Source: Balanoglossus misakiensis
Lineage: Eukaryota > Animalia > Hemichordata
NCBI GenBank assembly: GCA_040954595.2
Contig: JBECUI020000034.1
Location: 130,895-194,894 of the forward strand
Reading direction: 5' to 3'
DNA length: 64,000 bases
Part shown: positions 1 to 11,105 of the stretch, piece after piece
Numbering within the stretch: position 1 is the stretch's first letter
Layout of the letters: every line of letters begins with the position of its first letter
Position numbers and translations under genes: made by a program
The notes under the pieces: model-generated
Seen by the model: the letters and a program-made list of their open reading frames with translations, nothing else
Told to the model about the DNA's origin: nothing
The model's database searches: none

Positions 1-234
1 CAAGTTGCATTGGGAGGGGTTCGCTATAATTCCTGGTTTGTGGCCTATGCTCCCTATGAGACAAACAACCCTGAAGAACAGCTTATTGTTTTGACAATGG
101 TAGATAGTCGTAATACTTGGGAATGGTGGGCCCCGAAGGCCGCTAATATTATTTTCCATGGTATTTTTACCGAACAAAATTTTGAGCAAACAGTAGCCGA
201 TCTAAAGAAGAAAAAACGATTATGGTACATGTAA
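1..234 (+). CDS. mrdA: Penicillin-binding protein 2, C-terminal part (truncated by window start)
   Basis: NSWFVAYAPY transpeptidase C-terminal motif; overlaps the rodA start. Confidence 0.8.
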   Translation, partial: QVALGGVRYNSWFVAYAPYETNNPEEQLIVLTMVDSRNTWEWWAPKAANIIFHGIFTEQNFEQTVADLKKKKRLWYM

Positions 235-1544
235 CACGCCAGCAAGGAAGGTTCGATTTTCTTTTATTTACTGCCACCCTTGCATTGCTTGCTATTGGTA
301 TAACTTTCATTTATTCAAGCGGGCTAACACCAGACGGGAGCGTGAATACAACCCGTTTTCTTCGACAGATATTTTGGGTTGCAAGTGGAATACTTCTTGC
401 CAGTATCATTTATTTTGTATATCCCAACGATCTTCGGGTCAGTATAATTCCGATCTATATAGCCGTTATCCTTTTATTGCTTATTACTCTCTTTTGGGGA
501 CGGGTGGTCAATGGGGCACGTTCGTGGATTGGCATTGGACAACTGGGCATACAGCCCTCGGAATTTGCAAAAATTGCTACTATATTGTTTATTGCAGATT
601 GTGCTGTTCGCATAGAGGGCAAAAACGAGCGATGGAAACTTTTATTATTCTTAGCAGGCTTATTCCCCACCGTGCTCATACTCATGCAACCCGACCTTGG
701 TACTGCCATAATATTTCTGCCGATAATCCTTGGCATGCTCTATGTGGCACGGGTACGCTTGCGTTATATTTTCTTTCTCTTATTATGCATGATTATCAGC
801 ATTCTTTTCATTTTTTTTGTAGCATGGAATAACTATATTGGCAATACTCAGCATTTTATATTAACCGATCTTTTACAGAATGAGTTTTTATTGATTGTTA
901 TCAGTTTATCGGGTGCAGGGATATTTGTTATATCTGCTATCGGTTACTACATTGTACGGCATGCTGTCTTGTATTGGGTTCTGTATTTCTCGCTTGTCTT
1001 CGAAATTTCATTGGGCTTGATAATAGCGGCGGTACGAACATTCAAGCCATATCAGATGATGCGTCTTATAGCCTTTATTGATCCCTATCTTGATCCGCGG
1101 GGTGCCGGCTGGCATATTATTCAATCAAAGACAGCTGTCGGTTCGGGGGGTGTTTTTGGCAAGGGATATTTATCCGGGACGCAGAGTCAGTATAACTTTC
1201 TTCCGGAAAAAAGCACTGATTTTATTTTTTCACTCATTGCCGAAGAATGGGGATTTATCGGTTCACTTATTACCCTCTTATTATTTCTCATTATCGTCAT
1301 GCGATCATTATCCATAGTATATCATGCAAAGGATAATTTCTCGCAGTTGACTGCTGTGGGCATTGCAATAATGGTATCATTTCATGTTTTTGTTAACATT
1401 GGTATGACGGTTGGTATAATGCCGGTAATGGGCATTCCACTTCTTTTTTTATCCTATGGAGGTTCAGCACTCTGGACAGCATTAATTGGAGTCGCTATAC
1501 TTTTACGTATCTGTAAGGAGAATGGTCAAAAAAAGAATGAGTAA
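222..1544 (+). CDS. rodA: Rod shape-determining protein RodA (SEDS family)
   Basis: VNGARSWI, IQPSEFAK, QPDLGT, GSGGVFGKG, LPEKSTDFIF, PLLFLSYGGS motifs; multiple TM segments. Confidence 0.95.
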   Translation: MVHVTRQQGRFDFLLFTATLALLAIGITFIYSSGLTPDGSVNTTRFLRQIFWVASGILLASIIYFVYPNDLRVSIIPIYIAVILLLLITLFWGRVVNGARSWIGIGQLGIQPSEFAKIATILFIADCAVRIEGKNERWKLLLFLAGLFPTVLILMQPDLGTAIIFLPIILGMLYVARVRLRYIFFLLLCMIISILFIFFVAWNNYIGNTQHFILTDLLQNEFLLIVISLSGAGIFVISAIGYYIVRHAVLYWVLYFSLVFEISLGLIIAAVRTFKPYQMMRLIAFIDPYLDPRGAGWHIIQSKTAVGSGGVFGKGYLSGTQSQYNFLPEKSTDFIFSLIAEEWGFIGSLITLLLFLIIVMRSLSIVYHAKDNFSQLTAVGIAIMVSFHVFVNIGMTVGIMPVMGIPLLFLSYGGSALWTALIGVAILLRICKENGQKKNE

Positions 1545-2115
1545 TCCAACATTAGAAGAGGCAGAAAAGCTTTTACAAAAATACATAGAATCTGAGAACC
1601 TCAGGGCACATTGCAGAGCAGTAGCTGCCACGATGAAACATTTTGCACAAAAACACGATGAAGAAGTGAACAAATGGGAAGTTATTGGACTTATTCACGA
1701 TCTTGATTGGGAAAAATTTCCAGACCAGCATTGTTATAAAACGAAGGAAATTCTTCAGCAGCAGGGGTGGCCCGAAGATTATATACATGCAGTTATGAGT
1801 CATGGCTGGCAGATATGTACTGATACGGAACCTGTGCAGTATATGGAAAAAGTTTTGTATGCAGTTGATGAACTGACTGGGTTTATTATTGCGGTTACAT
1901 TTGTCCGTCCTTCCAGATCTATTCTTGATGTCAAGGTGCGGTCTATTCGAAAAAAATGGAACGTAAGTGGATTTGCTGCCGGAGTAGACAGGAAAGTTGT
2001 CGAACAGGGTGCAGAAATGTTGGATGTTTCTCTGGAAGAATTGATGGAAGAGACCTTAGTTGCTATGAAGTCTGTTGCTGCTGATATAGGTTTGGCTGGA
2101 ACAACAGATGGCTGA
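1537..2115 (+). CDS. HD-domain (HDIG/COG2316-like) hydrolase
   Basis: HCRAV...GLIHDLDWE...H...HG...VDELTG pattern; start ATG 1537 or 1522. Confidence 0.8.
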   Translation: MSNPTLEEAEKLLQKYIESENLRAHCRAVAATMKHFAQKHDEEVNKWEVIGLIHDLDWEKFPDQHCYKTKEILQQQGWPEDYIHAVMSHGWQICTDTEPVQYMEKVLYAVDELTGFIIAVTFVRPSRSILDVKVRSIRKKWNVSGFAAGVDRKVVEQGAEMLDVSLEELMEETLVAMKSVAADIGLAGTTDG

Positions 2116-3772
2116 GCATCACAGAGATTTTATCAGGAACATCATTAGCCACGATGTTGATGCCGGTCTCTCAGCTGTACATACTCGATTCCCTCCGGAA
2201 CCTAACGGATACCTACACATTGGTCATGTAAAGACAATATGTTTGAACTTTGATATTGCCGAAGAATTTTCGGGTCAGTGCAATCTCCGAATGGATGATA
2301 CCAATCCCACAAGAGACTACGAGAAGTACATCGGCACTATTCAAGAAGACATCCGATGGTTGGGCTACGATTGGAAGGATAACTTCTTCTGTGCATCAGA
2401 TTATTTTGATAAATTCTATAATTATGCGCTCATTCTCATTAAAAAGGGCTTAGCCTATGTTGATGACCAAGATGCGGAAACAATACGAATAAACCGGGGT
2501 ACACCAACCGAACATGGAAAGAACAGCATATATCGGGATCGGAGCATCGAGGAGAATCTTTCGTTGTTTCAAGCAATGAAAGAAGGTAAGTTTCCCGACG
2601 GAAAATGCGTGTTGCGTGCAAAGATTAGTATGGCCTCTGCTAATATTACTATGCGTGATCCGGTTCTCTATCGTATTAGACATATTGCCCATCCTCGTAG
2701 TCATGATAAATGGTGTATATATCCCCTCTATGATTTTGCACACTGTCTTTCGGATGCACTTGAAGGCATTACACATTCCTTATGTACTATGGAATTTGAA
2801 GATCGCAGACCACTGTATAATTGGATACTGGAACAATTAGAATTTCCGAATCCACCACGACAATTTGAATTTGCTCGGATGAAGATCGCTTATACGATAC
2901 TCAGCAAGCGAAAATTGATGATATTACAAGAAGAAGGTCATGTACAGGGATGGGATGATCCGCGCTTACCTACCGTAGCCGGAATGAGAAGAAGGGGCTA
3001 TCCGTCCGATATTCTTTGTCAATTCTGTCGTTCGGTTGGCATTACGCGAACAGAGAGCATAATTGATGTTAGTCTGCTTGAAAATATGGTACGTAATAAA
3101 TTGAATACGACGGCCGAGAGGCGAATTGCGGTTTTACACCCGTTAAAACTTACGATTACGAATTATCCGGAAGATAAGCTAGAGCATTTCCCTGCTGAAA
3201 ATAATCCCGAAGATCCTTCTGCCGGTACTCGTTCCATACCTTTTTCTCGTACCATATATATTGAGCGTACCGATTTTATGATTGATCCGCCAAAGGGCTT
3301 TTTCCGTCTATACCCCGGTAATATTGTTCGGTTAAAATATGCATACTGTATTCGCTGTGTGGATTACCGGTGCGATGAAAACGGGAATGTTACTGAAGTT
3401 CTCTGTGAATACGATCCAGAAACCCGTGGTGGAGATAGCAAGGGACAACGAGTCCGAGGGACCCTTCATTGGTTATCTGAAAATGCTTGTAAAGAGGTTA
3501 CCCTACGACTTTATGATCGGCTCTTCCTTAGCCCTGAACCTGAGACCGAGGAAGATTTTTTATCTTGCTTGAATCCCGATTCATTAAGGGTAGAATCGGC
3601 ATTAGTCGAAGAGGATTTCTTTGAGGAGGTCAAAGAAGAAAGGGTTTATCAGTTTCTTCGGCATGGCTATGTTTGTCTTGATCCTGATAGCAAGGGAAGA
3701 AAAAAGGTCTTTAACCTGACAATTTCCTTAAAAGACAGCTGGAAGAAACTTCAAGAGAAAGGGCGATCCTGA
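2108..3772 (+). CDS. glnS: Glutaminyl-tRNA synthetase
   Basis: TRFPPEPNGYLHIGH, DDTNP, LSKRKL, WDDPRLPT and the C-terminal YQFLRHGY beta-barrel motif. Confidence 0.95.
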   Translation: MAEHHRDFIRNIISHDVDAGLSAVHTRFPPEPNGYLHIGHVKTICLNFDIAEEFSGQCNLRMDDTNPTRDYEKYIGTIQEDIRWLGYDWKDNFFCASDYFDKFYNYALILIKKGLAYVDDQDAETIRINRGTPTEHGKNSIYRDRSIEENLSLFQAMKEGKFPDGKCVLRAKISMASANITMRDPVLYRIRHIAHPRSHDKWCIYPLYDFAHCLSDALEGITHSLCTMEFEDRRPLYNWILEQLEFPNPPRQFEFARMKIAYTILSKRKLMILQEEGHVQGWDDPRLPTVAGMRRRGYPSDILCQFCRSVGITRTESIIDVSLLENMVRNKLNTTAERRIAVLHPLKLTITNYPEDKLEHFPAENNPEDPSAGTRSIPFSRTIYIERTDFMIDPPKGFFRLYPGNIVRLKYAYCIRCVDYRCDENGNVTEVLCEYDPETRGGDSKGQRVRGTLHWLSENACKEVTLRLYDRLFLSPEPETEEDFLSCLNPDSLRVESALVEEDFFEEVKEERVYQFLRHGYVCLDPDSKGRKKVFNLTISLKDSWKKLQEKGRS

Positions 3773-3794
3773 AAGACCGGGTCTAGTTCCACAC

Positions 3795-5469
3795 TTAACT
3801 CGTGCATGCGCCGGTGCTTGCAGAGCCAACCAGTTTTGCATATTTGTACAATGCCCCATGTTGGACCTTCAGGTCGGGCTGTACCCAATCTTTTTTTCGC
3901 TTTTCCAACTCTTCCTTATCGACATTGACAGATAAGGTCTTCTTACCAGTGCTAATAGTAACGAGATCACCATCGCGTAAGAATGCAATCGGACCTCCAA
4001 CCTGTGCTTCCGGTGTAACGTGTCCAACCACCATACCATGACTTCCTCCGGAAAAACGTCCATCCGTAATAAGTGCTACATCTTTTAAGAGACCGGCACC
4101 TGCAATAGCGGACGTGGGGGCGAGCATCTCACGCATGCCCGGGCCTCCCTTGGGGCCTTCATTGCGAATAACAAGCACATCCTTTTTCTTGATAGATCCT
4201 GATAATATCGCCTGCAATGCATCTTCTTCGCATTCAAAGACTCGGGCTGGTCCTGTATGTTCTATAAATTCAAGCCCACATGTTTTTAGAACTGCACCCA
4301 TAGGTGCCAGATTGCCGTGGAGAATACAGAATGGACCGGTTTTTTGTTTTGGTTTATTGAACGGAAGCATGACCGACTGCCCATCTAGTTTGACCGAGAC
4401 CTTTTCAAGATTTTCTCCTATTGTACGACCATTTACAGTTAGACAATCAGCGTGCAACAAGCCTTCTTCTAATAGCGTCTTCATAACTGCCTGAACCCCG
4501 CCAACTCGGTACAAATCCGACATAACATATGCTCCGGCTGGTTTCATATCTGCAATGATGGGAGTAGTGTCGTAAAATGTATTAAAGTCGTCAATGCTTA
4601 GGGTAATTTCCGATTCTCGTGCTAATGCCAATAAGTGAAGCACAGCATTGGTTGAACCGCCTATAGCCATGACGACTCGTATTGCATTTTCAAACGATTT
4701 GCGAGTAAGAATGTCGGAGGGACAAATATTTTTGTTAATACAGGTAAGAAGAGCATGACAACTGTCGGTAAGAATTTCTTTCCTTTCGGGTGCAAGTGCA
4801 GGAATGGATGCGCAGTGAGGAACCGTCATCCCAATAGCTTCCATAGCTGATGCCATCGTATTCGCTGTGTACATTCCCCCACATGCGCCGGCGCCAGGGC
4901 ATGCCGCACATTCAATTTCATGACGCTCTTTTTCATCTATCTTCCCGGCATAGTATGCACCAACCGCTTCAAATGCCGATACAATATCAACATCCTTGCC
5001 CCGATGTTTTCCAGGTGCAATCGTTCCGCCGTAAACAAATACTGCCGGTACATTCATACGACGTAGCCCCATAACTGTTCCAGGAATAGTTTTATCGCAA
5101 CCACCGAATCCCAAAAGGGCGTCCATTTGGTGTCCGATTGCATCAAGTTCAATAATATCAGCAATAGTTTCTCGTGATATCAGAGATGCACGCATACCTG
5201 CATGTCCCATTGCTTCACCATCGGTAATAACAAATGTATGAAAAGTCATTGTCATAACGTCGTTATCACGAAGGATTTTTTTAGAGTAATCCGCTAACGC
5301 ATCAAGATGAAGATTACATGGTCCGACATCACTGCCGGAGCTAGCAATACCAACTATTGGCTTGTTAAAGTCTTTATCTGTAAAGCCAACTGCCCGAAGC
5401 ATGGCTCGATTAGCAGTTCCGAGCAAGACCTTCGGTCATGTTTTTACTTATTTTATTTTTTCCTGTCAT
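3795..5469 (-). CDS. ilvD: Dihydroxy-acid dehydratase (one indel near 5420; true start ATG 5469 overlaps the leuD stop)
   Basis: [52 protein letters not shown]; upstream [17 protein letters not shown] lies in another frame. Confidence 0.95.
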
Positions 5470-6077
5470 TGATTAACTCCAAATCGCGTGTAGGGGAGAG
5501 AATTGTATGTTTTTTCTATTTCCTTACGTGCAGACATAAGCATTTCGGTAGAATCCCATGTTCCGCCCAACAATGCACGTAAATAGTTTTCCTGCATGCT
5601 TATCGGATGTGTTTGATTGTCGACTTGCAAGATCTTATTTTTTAAATCAAGCAGGAAATGAATATCGGGATTTGTACGCACGAGTTGCTGTAGGGTTTCA
5701 ATTCTACTGTGGTCAATTTCAGCTACGGGTATGCCAAGTGCAATACAGTTCGCAGCAAAAATTTCTGCAAAGGATTCCCCAACGATTGCTTTAATTCCGA
5801 AGTCCCTCAATGATTGGGGTGCATGTTCACGCGAAGAACCACAACCAAAATTTTTATTAACAAGAAGAATTTCGCCATTCTTGTATTGGTTGAATGGGTG
5901 TTTTTTTTCAGTTCCGTCCGAATTGTAACGCAAGTCGTAAAAAGCATACTTGCCAATGCCACGAAAACTGGTAAGTTTTAAGTACCGTGCTGGAATAATT
6001 TGATCAGTATCAATATCTATGCCGGGTAGAGGAAGTCCTCGTCCTGATATTCTTTCTATTATTGGCAGTGCATCCAT
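5466..6077 (-). CDS. leuD: 3-isopropylmalate dehydratase small subunit
   Basis: DIDTDQIIPAR, NFGCGSSREHA, SFAEIF motifs. Confidence 0.95.
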   Translation of the reverse strand: MDALPIIERISGRGLPLPGIDIDTDQIIPARYLKLTSFRGIGKYAFYDLRYNSDGTEKKHPFNQYKNGEILLVNKNFGCGSSREHAPQSLRDFGIKAIVGESFAEIFAANCIALGIPVAEIDHSRIETLQQLVRTNPDIHFLLDLKNKILQVDNQTHPISMQENYLRALLGGTWDSTEMLMSARKEIEKTYNSLPYTRFGVNQ

Positions 6078-6088
6078 CTGTTCTCCTC

Positions 6089-7482
6089 CTATCGAAAATC
6101 TCGTATATCGGTAATTGAGCCGGTAACGGCAGCTGCTGCTACCATTGCAGGGCTCATAAGAATAGTTCTCCCGCTCGGAGAGCCCTGTCTGCCGATAAAA
6201 TTTCTATTTGAGCTACTTGCACATATTTCTCGTTCCTTCAGTTTGTCGGGATTCATGGCAAGGCACATAGAACAACCTGCTCCGCGCCATTCAAAGCCAC
6301 TTTCTTGGAAAACTTTGTCCAACCCTTCCTGCTCTGCTTGTCGGCTTACCTGTTTGGAGCCGGGAACAACGATTGCCCGTACCGAATTGGCTACTGTTTT
6401 ACCTTTTACAATAGCTGCAGCCTCGCGAAGATCGCTGATACGACCGTTCGTGCATGAACCGAGAAATGCTACATCAATCTTCTTGTTCAACATAGGGCTG
6501 TCCGGTTCCCAGCCTGTATGTTCGTATGCCTTTTGTGCAATTTCCCGTTCTCCCTCCGGTAACCGGTCAATTCTTGGTATCTTTTGACTGATGGGCATAC
6601 ATTGTCCTGGAGTTATACCCAAGTAACCATCGGTTCAAAGGAATCTGCATTAAATTCAACTACATCATCATAGCTTGCATTATCATGCGAAGCTAAGGAT
6701 GACCAAAAGGAGACTGCATCATCAAAATTTTCTTCCGAAGGGGCATACTTTCTGCCGCGAAGATAATTAAATGTTGTTTCGTCAGGAGTTACATACCCGG
6801 CGCGGGCACCACCTTCGATACTCATATTGCAGATTGTCATGCGTTCTTCCATACTCAGGGCATCGATCGCAGTTCCGCCGTATTCATAGGTATATCCAAT
6901 ACCGCCCTTCACGGTTAGTTTGCCAATAATAGTAAGAATAATGTCTTTCGCATATACTCCCGCAGGAAGTTTCCCATTAATTGTTATTCTTCGTACCTTT
7001 GGCCGATTAATTGCGATGCTCTGACTTGCGAGTACATCTCGTATTTGAGATGTACCAATGCCAAATGCAATGGCACCAAATGCACCATGGGTGGCAGTGT
7101 GACTATCTCCACAAACAATGGTCATACCAGGCTGAGTGAGCCCGAGTTCAGGACCGATGATATGTACAATGCCTTGATAATCCGTATCAAGCGAAAAGAA
7201 TTTGATGCCAAACTCTGCAGTATTCTTTTCAAGTGCACGTATCATTTTTTCAGCAAGCTCATCTTGAAAGGGTCGTTCCCATTCATTGGTTGGAACAATA
7301 TGATCTATTGTTGCAAATGTATGCGATGGATACATAACCGTCAAATTACGGTCTCGTAGCATCTGAAATGCCTGTGGCGAGGTTACTTCGTGAATCAGGT
7401 GCATGCCAATAAATAATTGATCCTGACCATTCGGCAATGTTCGTATCTTGTGCATGTCCCATACAGTATCAAATAAATTCAT
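6089..7482 (-). CDS. leuC: 3-isopropylmalate dehydratase large subunit (frameshift about 6619, missing G)
   Basis: [21 protein letters not shown] in ORF 6613-7482; [22 protein letters not shown] in ORF 6089-6622. Confidence 0.95.
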
Positions 7483-8001
7483 TTATACTCCTCCTTGCAT
7501 ATTCATATTTGTAAATCCTTTATCACGGATCATAAGGACCTTTCCGGTTCTCATCCACTCTAATACGCCGTAGGGAGCAAATATTTTGCGAACCCTTTCT
7601 ATCCGCTCCGAGGGACCTATTACTTCTATAACAACAACCGTATCGTCGATATCGATTATATCACATTTCAGCGCGTATGCCATCTGTAATATTTCATTTC
7701 TGTTTTTTTCTACACAAGAAATTTTCATAAGTGCAAGTTCGCGCTTAATAATGTTTCGATCAGTTGTATCAATAGCATGTACGACATCTACCAATCGCTG
7801 TATTTGCTTCATAACATTTTCAAAGTTTTCAGTTCCCCCGATACTGGTCATATTCAGTACGGAAAAGCGTGGATCGGGAGACGGCGATACAATAAGGCTG
7901 TCAATATTGTATCCTCGACGAGAAAAAATAAGTGCAATGCGGTTTAATGTCCCCGGCTTATTTGCTACCAGCATGCTAATCGAATGTTCTTTTATTTCCA
8001 T
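7483..8001 (-). CDS. ilvN: Acetolactate synthase small (regulatory) subunit
   Basis: ACT domain NKPGTLNRIALIFSRRGYNIDSL; RELALMK; MRTG. Confidence 0.92.
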   Translation of the reverse strand: MEIKEHSISMLVANKPGTLNRIALIFSRRGYNIDSLIVSPSPDPRFSVLNMTSIGGTENFENVMKQIQRLVDVVHAIDTTDRNIIKRELALMKISCVEKNRNEILQMAYALKCDIIDIDDTVVVIEVIGPSERIERVRKIFAPYGVLEWMRTGKVLMIRDKGFTNMNMQGGV

Positions 8002-9709
8002 TATGTACTCCCCTTTGGTTTTTCTAGTTTGTGTTTTGGTGCTTCTATAAGCATTTCGCTGTAAGCTGCTCCGGCAGGAATCATCGGATATACATTATCT
8101 TCTTTTTCCACATCAACGTCAACAAGACAGGGGCCTTCGTTGTAATCTAAAGCTGCTTGAACAATCTTGCGTACATCAGCACTTCTCTTTATACGAAATG
8201 CCCTTACCCCATAACTTTCTGCAAGCTTGACAAAATTAGGGTTGCCCTTGAGATCTACGCCCGAAAGCCTGTTCTCATAAAATAATTCTTGCCATTGTCG
8301 TACCATACCGAGGTAATGATTATTAATAACTATTATTTTTACGGGAAGTTTATGTAATGCACATGTTGCTAACTCGGATAGGGTCATTTGAAACCCCCCA
8401 TCTCCTACAATAGCCAAGACTGTTTTTCCGGACGAGCAATTTGTGCACCAATTGCAGCGGGAAATCCAAAGCCCATGGTTCCTGCACCACCGGAGGATAT
8501 CCAATGAAAGCGCTCACTAGTTTTATAAAACTGAGCCGCCCACATCTGATGCTGTCCAACATCGGTCGTTACAATGGCCTCCCCGCGTGTTTTTTCATAG
8601 AACACATTGATAACATGTTCTGCTTTCAATTTTCCTCCCTGCTTGTATTTTAGGGGATACATCTGTTTCCACTTCTGCACTCGTTTGTTCCACTCTTTTG
8701 TATCTCCCGCAGTGGCAACCGCAGCAATACGTTCAACTACCTGGTCCGCATCGCCTGCGATATTGATGTCGATTGTTAGGACCTTGTTAAATTCACTGGG
8801 GTCAATGTCGACATGAATTTTCTTTGCTCCCATACAGAATTGAACGATATCCCCGGTAATGCGATCATCCCAACGAGAACCGATAGACATAATGAGATCA
8901 CAGTGATCCACAGCCTTGTTTGCATAGGCAGTACCATGCATACCCAGCATGCCGAGACTAAGCGTATGTGTTTCAGGGAAACAACCTTTCCCAAGGAGGG
9001 TATTGGTAACGGGAATACTGAGTTTTTCAGCAAGATAACGTACTGATTTTTCAGCTCCGGAAATAACTGCCCCATGTCCGACAAGAAGTAAGGGTTTCGA
9101 TGCACGACTCAGCATTAATGCTGCCTCTTCAATAAGTTCTTGATTAGGCGATTGAGGAAATGTATACCCCGGTATATCAGGTTTTCCTACATAGGGGGTC
9201 TCTAAGGTCGCACTCGCTACGTTCTTTGGAACATCAATAAGAACAGGACCGGGTCGTCCACTCTGAGCAATATAGAATGCCTCCTGCATAATTCGCGGTA
9301 GATCTTCTACATTGCGCACTAAGTAAGAGTGTTTCACTACAGGGTAGGTAATGCCAGAGACATCGGTTTCCTGAAAGGCATCTAGTCCTAGATTCCAGGT
9401 AGTCTGCTGTCCCGTTATAATAATCATGGGAATCGAATCCATAAGGGCTGTAAGAATACCGGTTACAGTATTAGTAGCCCCAGGTCCGGAGGTTACCAAT
9501 ACCACTGCAGGCTTTCCACATGCACGGGCATATCCATCCGCCATATGGGTTGCCCCTTGTTCATGTCGGGTGAGAATGAACTTAATTGGTGAAGACACCA
9601 ATGCATCAAAGATAGGAATGGCTGCGCCACCAGGAAGCCCGAATATGTATTCACAGCCATGTTCATGTATTGCATCAACAATAATTTCGGCACCATTTTT
9701 TATACTCAT
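8001..9709 (-). CDS. ilvB: Acetolactate synthase large subunit (frameshift about 8425, missing A)
   Basis: FGLPGGA, RHEQGA, TSGPGATN, DVGQHQMW, then GDGGFQM...NN...LGMVRQWQ in the second frame. Confidence 0.95.
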
Positions 9710-9788
9710 ACGTAATTTCTCCCTATTACATTAGTTTTTTATAAGCATATCTTAGCAGATGCTAAAACTTATACTTAGTTAGTATACA

Positions 9789-9817
9789 TTTTTATCATGT
9801 TTCAATATAAATGTCAA
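9789..9817 (-). promoter_or_regulatory. Putative sigma70 promoter of the ilv-leu operon
   Basis: Minus strand TTGACA-17 nt-TAAAAA(T) with TG at the extended -10 position. Confidence 0.5.
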
Positions 9818-10053
9818 TACTTTGCTTAAAGTAATAGCGAAATATTTTTAGACTTCACATTTTAGAAAAAAAATTACTGTTTATGCCTATAAATAGAAGT
9901 AAAATCGGGTATAGGTATAAGAAGCGCAATAAATCAGTATAAAAAGTAAAATCTTTTGTCGGTTCAATTTTTATTGTCATTTCTTATTCCACAATATAGC
10001 GAAACTCCAAGGATTAGCTATTCTACCCCATATTTTTTTGTAAAGATTTTATC

Positions 10054-10082
10054 TTGTTTCTATTTCTTAATGCCTATATACT
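10054..10082 (+). promoter_or_regulatory. Putative sigma70 promoter (leaderless) for the prenyl synthase
   Basis: TTGTTT-17 nt-TATACT, 6 nt before ATG 10089; no Shine-Dalgarno. Confidence 0.55.
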
Positions 10083-10088
10083 GTGTAT

Positions 10089-11105
10089 ATGAATGCTGAA
10101 TTATTTTCAGAATTTCTGCAGCAGCGGCGTGCTTCCATGCTTAGCTGTATCCATGATACGTGGCAGGAACGTTGCAAGCACTTAGACAGGATAGATCCGT
10201 GGACAACTGAAAAACTACAATATTTTTCCGACTATCTAGGAGCAGGAAAATTGCTGCGGGGCAGCCTTTATCTGCTTGCGTCGAAATTTTTTTCACTGGA
10301 TTCTCATCTTCCAATTGCGGCTGCTATGGAATATATTCAGTCTTTTCTCTTGGTCCATGATGATATTATGGATAAGAGTGATAGGAGGCGTGGACTTTCC
10401 AGTGCTCATAAGTACTACAGTCAGTTTTGGGATGCAGATGATGCAGAGCATTTCGGTCATGCACAGGCCATTTGCCTTGGTGATATATTTTTGCTCTGTG
10501 CATATCATCTGATTGGAAGCAGCAATATTTCCGACAAACATCATCGCAGCATTAGTAATCTCATTGCCCAAGAATTGACGCAGGTATGTGCTGCACAGAT
10601 GCTTGATATTCGAATGAGCCATCAGAAAACATCAGTTGATATTCTCTATACCATGTATCGCTATAAGACCGCGCGTTATACTTTCAGTCTTCCCTTCCTC
10701 GTTGCATCATGCCTTGCCGATGCAAGCGAGAAGGTCAGTGCAACATTTGCTGCACTCGGCGAAGCGCTGGGCATTCTCTTTCAAATACGGGACGATATTC
10801 TTGATATCAGCACGCTGGACATGGGGAAGCCAGGTGGACTTGATATTGCTGCAAATAAACATACAGCAGTGCGCTATGTACTGGAATTACATAAGCATCC
10901 GGCATCTGCCTGCTTTCAAGAAACTCCAACGCCAGAGGTACTAGAAAAACTTCGAATGGCCTGTAGTGAACCGGAAATAAAGGCAGAACTAGATGTCATG
11001 ATTACAGAGCAACGAATAGAAGCTGAGCGGCATCTACAGGTCCTTGTCAATTTTGGTTCAGATACCAGCCTCTTTTATTCACTCCTTGCCTGGTTACAGA
11101 ATTAG
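10089..11105 (+). CDS. Polyprenyl (probably GGPP) diphosphate synthase
   Basis: GKLLRG, FARM FLLVHDDIMD..RRG, KTA, SARM FQIRDDILD. Confidence 0.9.
   Translation: MNAELFSEFLQQRRASMLSCIHDTWQERCKHLDRIDPWTTEKLQYFSDYLGAGKLLRGSLYLLASKFFSLDSHLPIAAAMEYIQSFLLVHDDIMDKSDRRRGLSSAHKYYSQFWDADDAEHFGHAQAICLGDIFLLCAYHLIGSSNISDKHHRSISNLIAQELTQVCAAQMLDIRMSHQKTSVDILYTMYRYKTARYTFSLPFLVASCLADASEKVSATFAALGEALGILFQIRDDILDISTLDMGKPGGLDIAANKHTAVRYVLELHKHPASACFQETPTPEVLEKLRMACSEPEIKAELDVMITEQRIEAERHLQVLVNFGSDTSLFYSLLAWLQN

Noticed and set aside
9820-10050. AT-rich spacer as ncRNA, origin or gene remnant
   Set aside because: No recognisable translation, DnaA-box cluster or stable structure found by eye
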